Assembly (NCBI GenBank): GCA_963717145.1
Contig: OY970325.1
Span: 3,872,001 to 3,936,000 of the forward strand
Origin: an uncultured Armatimonadetes bacterium
GTDB taxonomy: Bacteria; Armatimonadota; UBA5829; DTJY01
Direction: 5' to 3'
DNA: 64,000 nucleotides
Shown here: positions 1-8,931 of the stretch, in pieces
Layout: every line of letters starts with the position of its first letter
Numbering within the stretch: the stretch's first letter is position 1
Notes under the pieces: model-generated
Seen by the model: the letters and a program-made list of their open reading frames with translations, nothing else
Databases searched by the model: none
Told to the model about the DNA's origin: nothing
Translations under genes and position numbers: made by a program

Positions 1-1021
1 TCCTCGATCTTGGCGATGTTGTGCGCCACGTCGTAGATCTGCCTCATCCCCAGCTTGTGCGGCCCCTTGCCGAACACGTGCGAGAACGCTTCCCGGGTCC
101 AGTGAGCCATCGCCTGACGGTTCGCCCACGCGTAGTTCGCGGCGCAGGCCATCGCCGCCAGGTACTGCTTCCCCTCCGGCGATTTGATCGGCGCGCAGGC
201 GAGCTGGCGGTCGGGCACAGTGATGCCGTACTTCTTCATCGCCTCCTGCATCACGACCAGGTAGTCGTCGCACACCTGATATCCGAGCCCGCGCGAGCCG
301 CTGTGGATCATCAGGACCACCTGCCCGACGTGGTCGATCCCCATGATCGCCGCCCGGTCAGGATGGTAGATCTCGTCGACGTACTGAATCTCCAGGAAGT
401 GATTCCCGCTCCCGAGCGTGCCGACCTGCGGTTGCCCGCGCTTGATCGCCTTGTCGCTGACCGCCGCCGGATCGCGCCATCTCGAGCTGTCCATGCTCCT
501 CGGTGACCTCGATATCCTCTGCCCAGCCGTAGCCCTGCTCGACCGCCCACTTGCCGCCCCTGCGCATCACGTCCCGGAGCTGCTGCTCGTTCAGACGGAG
601 ACGACCCTCAGAGCCGACGCCCGAGGGGATGTCGCTGAACAGGGCGTTCACTAGGTCCTGCATCTTCGGCTCGACCTGCGCGCGCTCGAGGTCGGTCCGA
701 AGCATCCGGACGCCGCAGTTGATGTCGTAGCCGACTCCGCCGGGCGAGACGACGCCGGTCGTCGAAGTCCATCGCCGCCACCCCGCCGATGGGGAAGCCG
801 TAGCCCCAGTGGATGTCCGGCATCGCCATCGACCGCCCGAGGATGCCCGGCAGGAACGCGACGTTCGCCACCTGCTCCGGCGCCTGGTCCTCCCGGATGC
901 TCGCGAGGAGACGCTCGGAGGCGTAGATCATGCCGTCCACGCGCATGCCCGGCTTGTACGACTTCGGTATGAGCCAGCGGTCCTCGCCGGCTTTTTGCAG
1001 CGGCCCATTCCACTCAGGCAT
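1..1021 (-). CDS. rtcB: RtcB family RNA ligase; 3' end runs off the window; two apparent +1 frameshifts (~757, ~475)
   Basis: ATG at 1021 after GGAGGA. Joined frames give [50 protein letters not shown] and YDVAHNIAK, all RtcB motifs. Confidence 0.93.
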
Positions 1022-1033
1022 ATGTCCTCCGGA

Positions 1034-1140
1034 GAACACAGAAGCACGGAAGGGAAAGGAATGGAGGAATGGTTTGTGGTTTGTGGAAAAACCATTGATC
1101 ATTCCTGGCCTTCCGCTTTTCCCTCTGTGTTTCTGTGTTC
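1034..1140. repeat. Imperfect inverted repeat (CACAGA/CACGGA ... TCTGTG type) between the GT4 gene and rtcB
   Basis: GAACACAGAAGCACGGAAGGGAAA (1034-1057) pairs with TTTCCCTCTGTGTTTCTGTGTTC (1118-1140). Confidence 0.7.
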
Positions 1141-2507
1141 TATCCCTTCCAATCGCTCTGCTCGAATTCGGACCAGACGCGGCCGTAGACCTCGGCGGTC
1201 TGCTCGGCGATGTGCGTCCAGTTGAACACGTCGGTCACCTTCCTGTACGCATTCTCGACCATCATCTTCGCCGTGTACGGGTTCTTCAGCATCTGACTTA
1301 TCCCCCACGCCAGCGAGTCCGGATTGTCCGACCAGGCAGTGAGCCCGGCGACCCCGTGATCCACGACTTCCCGCAGGCCGCCCACGTCGGTCACGACAAC
1401 CGGAACCCTCGCCGCCATCGCCTCGAGCGCCACGATGCCGAACGGCTCGTAGAGGCTCGGGTAGACCGCCACGTCGATCACGCTGTAAAGCTTGACGAGT
1501 GTCTCGTCATCGATGTACCCGGTAAAGTATACCCGATCGTTCAGTCCGAGTTCGTTCACCCGCCGGATCAGATGGTCCTTGTTCCCGCCGCCGACGATCA
1601 CGAGCTTGCAGTCGTTGTACGCCTCGCGGATGATCGGGAGTGCCTCGATCAGGACCTGCACGCCCTTCTCGTGGACCATCCGCCCGACGAAGAAGATGAT
1701 CTTCTCCTCCGGCTTGGCAAAGTAGCTGCGGAATTCGGCCTTGTCGAACTCGATATCGAACTTCTCGGGGTTGATGCCGTTCGGGATCACGTCGATCTTG
1801 TCCGGCGGAACTTCGAGGACGCCGGCGATCTCTTCCTTCATGTAGTCGCTGCAGCAGATGACGCGCCACGACTCGAAGGCGAGTTCCCGCTCGATGTCGT
1901 GGATGTAACGCTGGAGGTCGGTATGGATCCCACTGTTGCGTCCGTGCTCGGTGGCATGGATCGTCGAGACGAGCGGGATGTGATGCTTGTGTTTGAGGTT
2001 CTTGCCGCAGAACTGGGTGAGCCAGTCGTGCGCGTGCAGGACCGTCGGCGAGTTACGGGGGACGGAGTGCAACTCCATCCCCAACCCCCGGGTGTTGTCA
2101 GGGACGGAGCCGGAATATGAGTTGGGGATGGAGTTGCACTCCGTCCCCCGCAGCTCGGTGTTGTTGGGGATGGAGTTGCACTCCGTCCCCCGCAGCTCGG
2201 TGTTGTTGGGGATGGAGTTGCACTCCGTCCCCCGTAACTCGCCCTCCAGCAACTCATCGACCCGTTTCTCGATCGAGACGTTCAGATTATGGATCGAGTG
2301 GACGAAATCGTCGCCGGGAGCGGCGGCCACCCGGTGGACGCGGAGGTTTCCGTCCTTCTCATCGGCGGGCGCATCCGGATGCTCGCAGGTGACGACTTCG
2401 ACCTCGACGCCGTTTGCCGCGAGCGCCTGGCTCAGGTCGTATACGTGCCTGGCGATCCCACCGACGATCTTCGGCGGGTACTCCCAGCTCAGCATCAGCA
2501 CGCGCAT
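1140..2507 (-). CDS. Glycosyltransferase family 4 (GT-B fold) with a ~66-aa in-frame repeat insertion
   Basis: [57 protein letters not shown] upstream of ATG 2507. Confidence 0.93.
   Translation of the reverse strand: MRVLMLSWEYPPKIVGGIARHVYDLSQALAANGVEVEVVTCEHPDAPADEKDGNLRVHRVAAAPGDDFVHSIHNLNVSIEKRVDELLEGELRGTECNSIPNNTELRGTECNSIPNNTELRGTECNSIPNSYSGSVPDNTRGLGMELHSVPRNSPTVLHAHDWLTQFCGKNLKHKHHIPLVSTIHATEHGRNSGIHTDLQRYIHDIERELAFESWRVICCSDYMKEEIAGVLEVPPDKIDVIPNGINPEKFDIEFDKAEFRSYFAKPEEKIIFFVGRMVHEKGVQVLIEALPIIREAYNDCKLVIVGGGNKDHLIRRVNELGLNDRVYFTGYIDDETLVKLYSVIDVAVYPSLYEPFGIVALEAMAARVPVVVTDVGGLREVVDHGVAGLTAWSDNPDSLAWGISQMLKNPYTAKMMVENAYRKVTDVFNWTHIAEQTAEVYGRVWSEFEQSDWKG
2047..2243. repeat. Intragenic REP-like array: one inverted copy plus three tandem copies (42-bp period) of GTTGGGGATGGAGTTGCACTCCGTCCCCCG
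   Basis: 2047-2085 is the exact reverse complement of 2205-2243 (39 bp); tandem units start at 2121, 2163 and 2205. Confidence 0.95.
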
Positions 2508-2584
2508 GCGTTTCTCCCTAACGTAGCCTGGCCCTTGATGGGCATTCTTGCGGTATGCGTGTCGGACGCCCATAAAGGGCCAGG

Positions 2585-3199
2585 CTACGGCTCTGTAGCG
2601 GGCTCACTTGGGACTCCCAACTGGCGATCCTCCCCGATCCGGCACACCGGGCATATCCCCTCCGGATCGTTCTGGAGCGCGCCGCACGACGAGCACTCCG
2701 TCCAGCCGCGCCCGGTCTTCCACTTCTCGACGCGGGCGGCGGTTTCCAGCAGGCGTCTCACCCTGTCCGCAAGATCAGGAGGAACAGACCGAGCGGTCTC
2801 CTCCAACTCCCCAAGTTCCGCGTCCGTGAGCCGAATCCCTCCAAGATCGACGGCTTCCTCATCGTCGGCCTCGGGAGCGAGTCCACGAGACCGCGAGACG
2901 CGGCCGACCTTGAAGATGATCTCCTTGATGACCTTGCCGCCGAGTCGCTTGTTCAGGCGCGACATGATGTCGGCCTTCATGAAGGTGAGTTCGTTCGCCC
3001 AGACCGGGCTCTTGGTCGTGACGAAGAGCTTGCCCTCGGTGATGAACTCGGGCTGGGCGGCGGCGGACACCTGCTTCCCGACGATCTCGTCCCACACGAG
3101 AAGCGCGGTCTGCTCCTTGATCTTGGCTTCGAGTTTGTGGGCCTTGAGCGAATCCCCGAGGAACTTGCCGAGGCCCTGCATGCCGGCATTGATTCTCAT
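2585..3199 (-). CDS. dciA: DciA/DUF721 family protein with C-terminal zinc ribbon
   Basis: WDEIVG..V..AQP..GKLFV..SPVWANEL..I..RLN..IKEIIFKVG; CSSC..CPVC; directly downstream of recF. Confidence 0.8.
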   Translation of the reverse strand: MRINAGMQGLGKFLGDSLKAHKLEAKIKEQTALLVWDEIVGKQVSAAAQPEFITEGKLFVTTKSPVWANELTFMKADIMSRLNKRLGGKVIKEIIFKVGRVSRSRGLAPEADDEEAVDLGGIRLTDAELGELEETARSVPPDLADRVRRLLETAARVEKWKTGRGWTECSSCGALQNDPEGICPVCRIGEDRQLGVPSEPATEP

Positions 3200-3210
3200 G
3201 TGGCGCCCTT

Positions 3211-3318
3211 TGGAGTGCGGAAGCGAAGTCTGCCGTAGGGGCGATCCTTCAACGGTCGCCCGTTACAGGACCGTTGGGCGACCGTTGAAGGATCGCCCCT
3301 ACGGCAGACTCCGCTTCC
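3211..3318. repeat. Composite hairpin: GTAG-type REP pair within a TGGAGTGCGGAAGC-type element, overlapping the recF 3' end
   Basis: GTAGGGGCGATCCTTCAACGGTCGCCC ... GGGCGACCGTTGAAGGATCGCCCCTAC, flanked by GGAAGCGAAGTCTGCC and GGCAGACTCCGCTTCC. Confidence 0.9.
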
Positions 3319-4422
3319 TCCACAACCATTCCCTTCCCGACCTTGAATACCTTTCCCTGTCTGACGAACTGCTCGTCGAAGAACTTGAGGCTCGTGGTGG
3401 TGGCGAATGTCTGGCAGCGACCGATAGTCAGCTCGAAAACGTGCGCCCGGCGATCCTCGTCCAGGTCGGTCATCACATCGTCCAGCAGCACGATCGGCGG
3501 CTCCTGGGCGGTCTCCTCCATCATCTCGAGTTCCGCCAGTCGCAGACTCAGCGCGACCGTCCGCTGCTGTCCCTGCGAGCCGTAGGTCCTGACATCCATA
3601 CCATTCGCCGTGAAGACCATGTCATCCCTCTGAGGGCCGACGAGCGTGACACCACGGCGCAGTTCCTCGGACCGGACCTCCCGCAATCTGTCCGCGGAAC
3701 CGCTCAGCGATCTCGGACGATTCGATCCTGCCGATGCTCGGCTTGTACTCGATGTCGAGGTTCTCCTCATCATCGGTGAGCTTCGAGTGGATCACCCTCG
3801 CCAGATCGGTCGCGCGCCTCAGGAATGCGAGCCGGCGTTCGAGGATCTGACTCCCGTAGAGCACGAGCTGCTCGTCCAGCACGTCTAGAACTCCATCGCA
3901 GGTTCCGCGCTGTGCGAGGTCGCGGAGAAGCTTGTTCCGCTGCTCCAAGACCTTTTTGTAGTTGACGAGGAGGTGGCAATACTGAGGCTGGAGTTGGCTG
4001 ATCTCCAGATTGAGGAACTTCCGGCGCTCCGATGGCTCGCCGGCGACGATCTCCGAGTCCTGAGGGCCGATGAAGAGCGCGTTTACCTGGCCGAGAAGGT
4101 CCGCGAGTCGGGTCTGTCGGATCGTATTGATCTTGACCTGCTTCTTCTCCGTGCGTCCGATGACGACCTCGACCTCGATGTCGTTCTGCTCCCGACGCGC
4201 GACATCACCGACGATGCGCATGAAGTCCGCATCCCACAGGATCAGCTCAGAGTCCTTCCCTGCGCGCCACGATCGGGCAGTCGCGAGGAGATAGATCGCC
4301 TCCAGGATGCTCGACTTCCCCTGCGCGTTCTTACCCACGAGTATGTTCAGGCCCTCACCGGGATGCAGGGTGAGTTCCGAATAGCATCTGAAGTTCTGAA
4401 TGCCGAGAGATCGAATATGCAT
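3249..4422 (-). CDS. recF: DNA replication/repair protein RecF; one apparent +1 frameshift at ~3693
   Basis: FRCY, GKNAQGKSSILEAI and ERRKFLN in one frame; TLVGPQRDD, YGSQGQQRT and LLDDVMTDLD in the next. Removing one G restores FRDRLREVR. Confidence 0.95.
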
Positions 4423-4429
4423 GTCAGGT

Positions 4430-4719
4430 AAGAGGGTGGGTTATCCACCCATCCGAAACACATGAAAAGAGAATTCTGGTTAGTGGTTATGGTTATGTAA
4501 GGTCGTGGACATTGTTGATAACCACTGCGGATGGTCGGGGGCCAAACATGTCGGTTACAACTTCTCCGGTTTAGAACTTGCACAGGTGGGTATGTTTACA
4601 ACTCACTCCCCGATTGTCAGCGACGGCGTGGCAAGCTATCGACTTTGCCGACGTTATCCACAGCCGGCATTTACCCACGGGCCCATCAACAGGCTACCAG
4701 GCCGGTTATCAACACCTTC
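4430..4719. promoter_or_regulatory. Probable oriC (DnaA-box cluster) between dnaA and recF
   Basis: Perfect TTATCCACA at 4654-4662; near matches at 4441 (TTATCCACC), 4513 (reverse TTATCAACA), 4671 (TTACCCACG) and 4706 (TTATCAACA); AT-richer tract ~4455-4500. Confidence 0.8.
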
Positions 4720-4803
4720 GGCCCGTAGGGGAGGGCTTCAACGCCCTCCTGGGACGACCCCGATCCGCATACGGGAGGGCGTTGAAGCCCTCCCCTACGG
4801 GCC
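4720..4803. repeat. GTAG-type REP pair (30-bp perfect arms) just downstream of dnaA
   Basis: GGCCCGTAGGGGAGGGCTTCAACGCCCTCC (4720-4749) and its reverse complement (4774-4803). Confidence 0.92.
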
Positions 4804-4816
4804 GGCCATACAGAGT

Positions 4817-6205
4817 CTAATATCTCCCAGCCCTCAGGTCATCCGCGAGCTGATCGACGGTTTGCTTGAGGGCATCATCCGCCTCCATGAGCTTCTTGAC
4901 CCGTCCGCACGCATGCACGATCGTCGCATGGTCCCGCCCGCCGAACGCCTTCCCGATCGCGGCGAGAGGGAATGCCGTCAGCTCCCGGCAGAGATACATC
5001 GCCACGTGCCTCGGCGTGATCAGTTCCTTCCTGCGCGCCGAACTCACCAGGTCGTCGATGGAAATGCCGAATCGCTGGGAGATCACCCGCTGCACCGCGT
5101 CGATCGTCAACTCGGTGCACTTCTTCTCGATGAGATAGCGGTGGATGATCTCCTGCGCGGTCGCCGGTGTAAGGCGCGTCTTCATCAGCGAGCCGTACGC
5201 TATGAGTGTCACCAGTGCGCCTTCGAGCGCCCGGACGTTCGTCTGGATCAGGGTCGCGACTTCCAGAAGGACTTCGTTCGGCACCTGCGCTTCCTCCAGG
5301 TCGGCCTTTCTCTGCAGGATCGCTAGCCGCGTCTCGAAGTCGGGGGGCGCGAGGTCCGCGACGAGTCCCGACTCGAATCGGGAGCGCAGTCGTTCCTCGA
5401 CGGGCTGCAGGTCTCTCGGCGCGCGGTCGCTCGAGATCACGATCTGTTTGCCCGTCTGGAGGAGCGCGTTGAATGTGTGGAAGAACTCCTCCTTGGTCCG
5501 CTCTTTCGCGGCCAGGAACTGCACGTCGTCGACCAGCCAGACGTCAATGCTTCGATACTTGCGCCGGAACTCCTCGGACCGGTGGTCTCGGAGCGAGGAG
5601 ACGTACTGGAAAGTGAAGGTCTCGGCGGAGACATACGCCACCTGTTTCGCGGGTTGGGTCTCGATGACTCGCTGAGCGATCGCCTGGAGGAGGTGGGTCT
5701 TCCCCAGTCCGGATCCGCCGTACAAAAAGAGAGGATTGTATACCTTGCCCGGCCTCTTCGCCACCGCGATGCAGGCCGCGTGCGCCAGACGGTTACACGG
5801 TCCCTCGATGAAACTCGGGAAGTCGTACTTCTCGTTCAGAGGCTCGGAGAGCGTGCTGATGGAACTCTTTGCAGGCTGTTTCGCCGACTCCTTCTGCTGC
5901 ACCTGTTCCGGCTTCGACTGCTGTTCAGGCGCGTTGACGAAAACGATCTCGATCTCACCCTCGATGTTCGCTTCGAGGGCGGTCTTGACCAGTTCAGAGT
6001 ATTTCTGGAGGAAGATGCGGGCCAGTTCGCTCGCGGCCCCGATCGTGACCGTGACGCCGTCCGTGGCGATCGGTCTGGCGGTCCGGAAGAAGCTTTCGAA
6101 GCTCGGACGGTTGATCTCGGGGGCAAGCAGTTCCAGGGACTTCTCCCAGGCCCGCCTGAGAACCACAAGCGCATCGTCGTCTCCGAGATGGAGCTGGTCC
6201 TGCAC
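4817..6205 (-). CDS. dnaA: Chromosomal replication initiator DnaA
   Basis: YNPLFLYGGSGLGKTHLL, DDVQFL, EEFFHTFN, RLRSRFESGL, GGRDHATIVHA. Confidence 0.99.
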   Translation of the reverse strand: MQDQLHLGDDDALVVLRRAWEKSLELLAPEINRPSFESFFRTARPIATDGVTVTIGAASELARIFLQKYSELVKTALEANIEGEIEIVFVNAPEQQSKPEQVQQKESAKQPAKSSISTLSEPLNEKYDFPSFIEGPCNRLAHAACIAVAKRPGKVYNPLFLYGGSGLGKTHLLQAIAQRVIETQPAKQVAYVSAETFTFQYVSSLRDHRSEEFRRKYRSIDVWLVDDVQFLAAKERTKEEFFHTFNALLQTGKQIVISSDRAPRDLQPVEERLRSRFESGLVADLAPPDFETRLAILQRKADLEEAQVPNEVLLEVATLIQTNVRALEGALVTLIAYGSLMKTRLTPATAQEIIHRYLIEKKCTELTIDAVQRVISQRFGISIDDLVSSARRKELITPRHVAMYLCRELTAFPLAAIGKAFGGRDHATIVHACGRVKKLMEADDALKQTVDQLADDLRAGRY

Positions 6206-6373
6206 TTCCTTTGCCTCCGAATGACCTCTCGTGGAACTCGCCCGCTAACGGACATGTCGGGCTGGTTCGGCCATTATAGCAAATCTACCGGAACCAGGTA
6301 AAACATTTTCTGGCGGTTGGACGTAGCTGGTTTTCCTTGATAGGTCACGGATGTCATTCGGCTGCAGGCCTCT

Positions 6374-6412
6374 GCTACCGAAGCATCGTGGTTGTTAGAT
6401 GCGTTCGCCCTG
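6374..6412. repeat. Single degenerate arm of the palindrome at 24029-24119
   Basis: GCTACCGAAGCATCGTGGTTGTTAGATGCGTTCGCCCTG versus GCTACCGAAGCATCGTCGTGTCTTGATGCGTTCGCCCTG (24081-24119). Confidence 0.85.
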
Positions 6413-6433
6413 ATTCGGCTGTTGCGATACTTG

Positions 6434-7900
6434 GTAACAGTTCAGGCTTAGGGATTATTTTGTCTGTAAGAAGAAGGAACCTGCTGGGAGCGTCTCGAAC
6501 CAAGGAGTGTGAGCGAGCAATCCAAGCCGACATACGAGGAGCTTGAGGCCAGGGTCAGCCAGTTGGAAGGTCTAGTTCCCCAACTCGTGGCGCGTATCGG
6601 CGACCTGGAGAAGGAGAACGAAGACCTTCGCGCCAGGCTTTCCGGCGGTGATGGCAGTTCCCCATCCGTGCCTGACTGGGTGAAGCCGAACCGCAAAGAG
6701 CGCCGGGCAGCTGAACGAAAGAAGCGCAAGAAGTCGTTCGTGCGCAGGCGGGAGACACCCACCCGTGTAGTCGAGCACGCGCACTCGAAGTGTCCGGACT
6801 GCGGCCGAGCGCTCACAGGGGGCACGGTAAAGAGACTCCGCCAAGTCATCGACATCCCCATCGTGCCTGTGGACGTAGTCGAGCACAGGTTCATCGCCAG
6901 AAGATGCGGATACTGTGGCAAGAGTCATGTGCCGAAGGTTGACCTTTCCGGCCAGGTTGTAGGCAAGCATCGGGTAGGCGTGAACCTGATGAGCCTGATA
7001 TCGTATCTTTCGACGGTAGGTCGCATGACAAAGCGGACGATACAGGGATTGCTGAAGGCTCTGTATGGTCTTCGGCTCTCTGTGGGAGAGATAAGCGAGA
7101 TATTGCACACGGTGGCAGACTGTGGCAAAAAAGAGAAAGAGCGACTACTCTCGCTTGTACGTGGAAGCCCATACATAAACGCAGACGAGACGGGCTGGAG
7201 AGAGGATGGGCTGAACGGATACATCTGGACCTTCTCCACTAAGAACGTGCGCTACTTCATCTACCGGCGGAGTCGGAGTGGAGAGATCCCGAAGGAAACG
7301 ATAGGCGGCGACTACGAAGGGGTAGTGGTAACGGATTGCTATGCCGGATACAACCCGGTAGTTGCAGACCGCCAGATATGCTGGGCACATCTGGCCAGGG
7401 ATCTGCACAAACTGAAGGAGAGGAACGCGGACGACACGGGCGTCATCGCATGGGCGGATGCGGTGAAGGGTGTTTACGATCGGGCAAAGGAGTTCCGGAG
7501 CAAGAAGGCGGAGGTTCGCAAGTGGAAGCGAGTACTCTTCGAGGAAGAGGTAGAGGCGCTCTCAGGTCCGTATGTCGGCTCAGATGCTCCACAGCAGACG
7601 CTGGCAAAGAGATTCATAGATCGCTTGCACGAGTTGTTCATGTTCGTAGAGTACCCGGAAGTACCGTCGGACAACAATGGCGCAGAACGAGCGCTGAGGC
7701 CGTGCGTGATCGCGCGCAAGGTATGCGGCGGGACGAGAAGCGAGAAGGGTTCTGAGACAAAGATGACGCTCATGAGTCTGTTTGGCACATGGCACGTCAG
7801 GGGTCTGGACATGCTCGAATCATGCAGGCAACTGCTCGCAGGCAAGTCTGTCCTCTTCCCTGCCTGATCAAACTCGTTATCCCCAAGCGTGAACTGTTAC
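6434..7900 (+). mobile_element. Single-ORF IS66-family element (copy 1) between dnaA and rpmH
   Basis: Ends GTAACAGTTCA ... TGAACTGTTAC; GATACTTG at 6426-6433 and 7903-7910 (8-bp duplication with 2 extra nt on the right). Confidence 0.93.
6509..7867 (+). CDS. IS66 family transposase
   Basis: Coiled-coil N-terminus, CPDC..CGYC, ADETGW, VTDCYAGY, QICWAHLAR, DNNGAERALR. Confidence 0.95.
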   Translation: MSEQSKPTYEELEARVSQLEGLVPQLVARIGDLEKENEDLRARLSGGDGSSPSVPDWVKPNRKERRAAERKKRKKSFVRRRETPTRVVEHAHSKCPDCGRALTGGTVKRLRQVIDIPIVPVDVVEHRFIARRCGYCGKSHVPKVDLSGQVVGKHRVGVNLMSLISYLSTVGRMTKRTIQGLLKALYGLRLSVGEISEILHTVADCGKKEKERLLSLVRGSPYINADETGWREDGLNGYIWTFSTKNVRYFIYRRSRSGEIPKETIGGDYEGVVVTDCYAGYNPVVADRQICWAHLARDLHKLKERNADDTGVIAWADAVKGVYDRAKEFRSKKAEVRKWKRVLFEEEVEALSGPYVGSDAPQQTLAKRFIDRLHELFMFVEYPEVPSDNNGAERALRPCVIARKVCGGTRSEKGSETKMTLMSLFGTWHVRGLDMLESCRQLLAGKSVLFPA

Positions 7901-7907
7901 ACGATAC

Positions 7908-7936
7908 TTGCCAGTGCCAAACGCGTGTGGTATAAT
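7908..7936 (+). promoter_or_regulatory. Sigma70-type promoter of the rpmH operon
   Basis: TTGCCA-N17-TATAAT with extended TG; the -35 overlaps the IS66 target duplication. Confidence 0.8.
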
Positions 7937-7960
7937 GCCACTCTGTGGAGGTAGCTTGTC

Positions 7961-8098
7961 TTGTCCAAGAGAACATTTCAGCCTAAAGTCAGACGACGGT
8001 TCCGCGTCCATGGTTTCATGGGGCGGATGGCGTGCGCCGGCGGACGAAGCGTGATCCGAGCCCGCCGCGCCAAGGGCAGAGCAAAACTGACCGTATAG
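7961..8098 (+). CDS. rpmH: 50S ribosomal protein L34 (not in the ORF track)
   Basis: TTG start after [50 protein letters not shown]. Confidence 0.97.
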   Translation: MSKRTFQPKVRRRFRVHGFMGRMACAGGRSVIRARRAKGRAKLTV

Positions 8099-8115
8099 GA
8101 TTGCGTTGACCTTCC

Positions 8116-8195
8116 CCTTCTCTGACCGTAGGGGAGGCCTTCAACGGCCTCCCGCTCAGGAGGCCGTTGAAGGCCTCCCCTACGGTCAGAGAAGG
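8116..8195. repeat. GTAG-type REP pair (37-bp perfect arms) between rpmH and rnpA
   Basis: CCTTCTCTGACCGTAGGGGAGGCCTTCAACGGCCTCC, 6-nt loop, reverse complement. Confidence 0.93.
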
Positions 8196-8215
8196 AGAAG
8201 GGTGCGGAGGAGCAC

Positions 8216-8572
8216 ATGCTGCCCAGGGAACAGAGGCTCACCGCCCGGAGGGATTTCAAGAGAGTCTACGCCGGCGGTCGGGCATTTACCAACAGGCTTC
8301 TGGTCCTCAGGGTGCTCGGAAAGAACGGAGGGCAGGTTGCCAGATTCGGTTTCTCGACAAGCTCGAAACTGGGGAATGCAGTACTGAGAAACCGAATGAC
8401 GAGGCTCCTCAGGGAGTCGATCAGGTCGCTCGCGGGAAAGATATGCTATGCAGGTTTCGATGCGGTTGTCATCGTGCGGCCGCCGGCCCGCGGAGCGGCT
8501 CTTGTGCAGATAACAGAGGCTGTGGAGGACCTTCTCCGGAAGGCGAAGCTCCTCGAGGGCGACCCTCCATAG
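8216..8572 (+). CDS. rnpA: Ribonuclease P protein component
   Basis: RL..RRDFKRVY, RFGFSTSSKLGNAVLRNRMTRLLRE; canonical position after rpmH. Confidence 0.96.
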   Translation: MLPREQRLTARRDFKRVYAGGRAFTNRLLVLRVLGKNGGQVARFGFSTSSKLGNAVLRNRMTRLLRESIRSLAGKICYAGFDAVVIVRPPARGAALVQITEAVEDLLRKAKLLEGDPP

Positions 8573-8611
8573 TTGGGGCGGGAGTTTAACTCCCGCCCCA
8601 ACTATGGAGGG
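8563..8611. repeat. GTTG-type palindrome (22-bp arms) overlapping the rnpA stop
   Basis: CCCTCCATAGTTGGGGCGGGAG-TTTAA-CTCCCGCCCCAACTATGGAGGG; resembles the repeat inside the GT4 gene. Confidence 0.85.
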
Positions 8612-8660
8612 CAAGGGCCATGCGGCGCACAAGCGAAACAGGATCAAGCCAGGGAGTAGA

Positions 8661-8879
8661 TTGCGGCACGTTCTAGTGTTCTTCATACGTGTTTATCAGA
8701 AGGCGACCGGGTTCAAGCCAAGAACCTGCCGATACGAGCCGAGTTGCTCGGAATACGCAGCTCAGGCCATACTAAAGCATGGCCCCGTCAAGGGCATCGG
8801 CATGGCGGCCTGGCGCATCCTACGCTGCAATCCCTGGAGCCCCGGGGGAGACGACCCCGTGCCTGATCCTCTCCGCTGA
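8661..8879 (+). CDS. yidD: Membrane protein insertion efficiency factor YidD (start uncertain; ORF opens at 8604)
   Basis: IRVYQ..CRYEPSCSEYA..HG..KG..RILRCNPWSPGGDDPVP. Confidence 0.95.
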   Translation: MRHVLVFFIRVYQKATGFKPRTCRYEPSCSEYAAQAILKHGPVKGIGMAAWRILRCNPWSPGGDDPVPDPLR

Positions 8880-8931
8880 CCGCCGCCCAATCTAGCTCCA
8901 AGCAATAGTTCTGTATTAACTTGAGGGAATA

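Noticed and set aside
2121-2243. CRISPR-like array (30-nt palindromic repeat, three copies)
   Set aside because: The 12-nt spacers are identical, one copy is inverted, it lies in frame in a CDS, and no cas genes are present.
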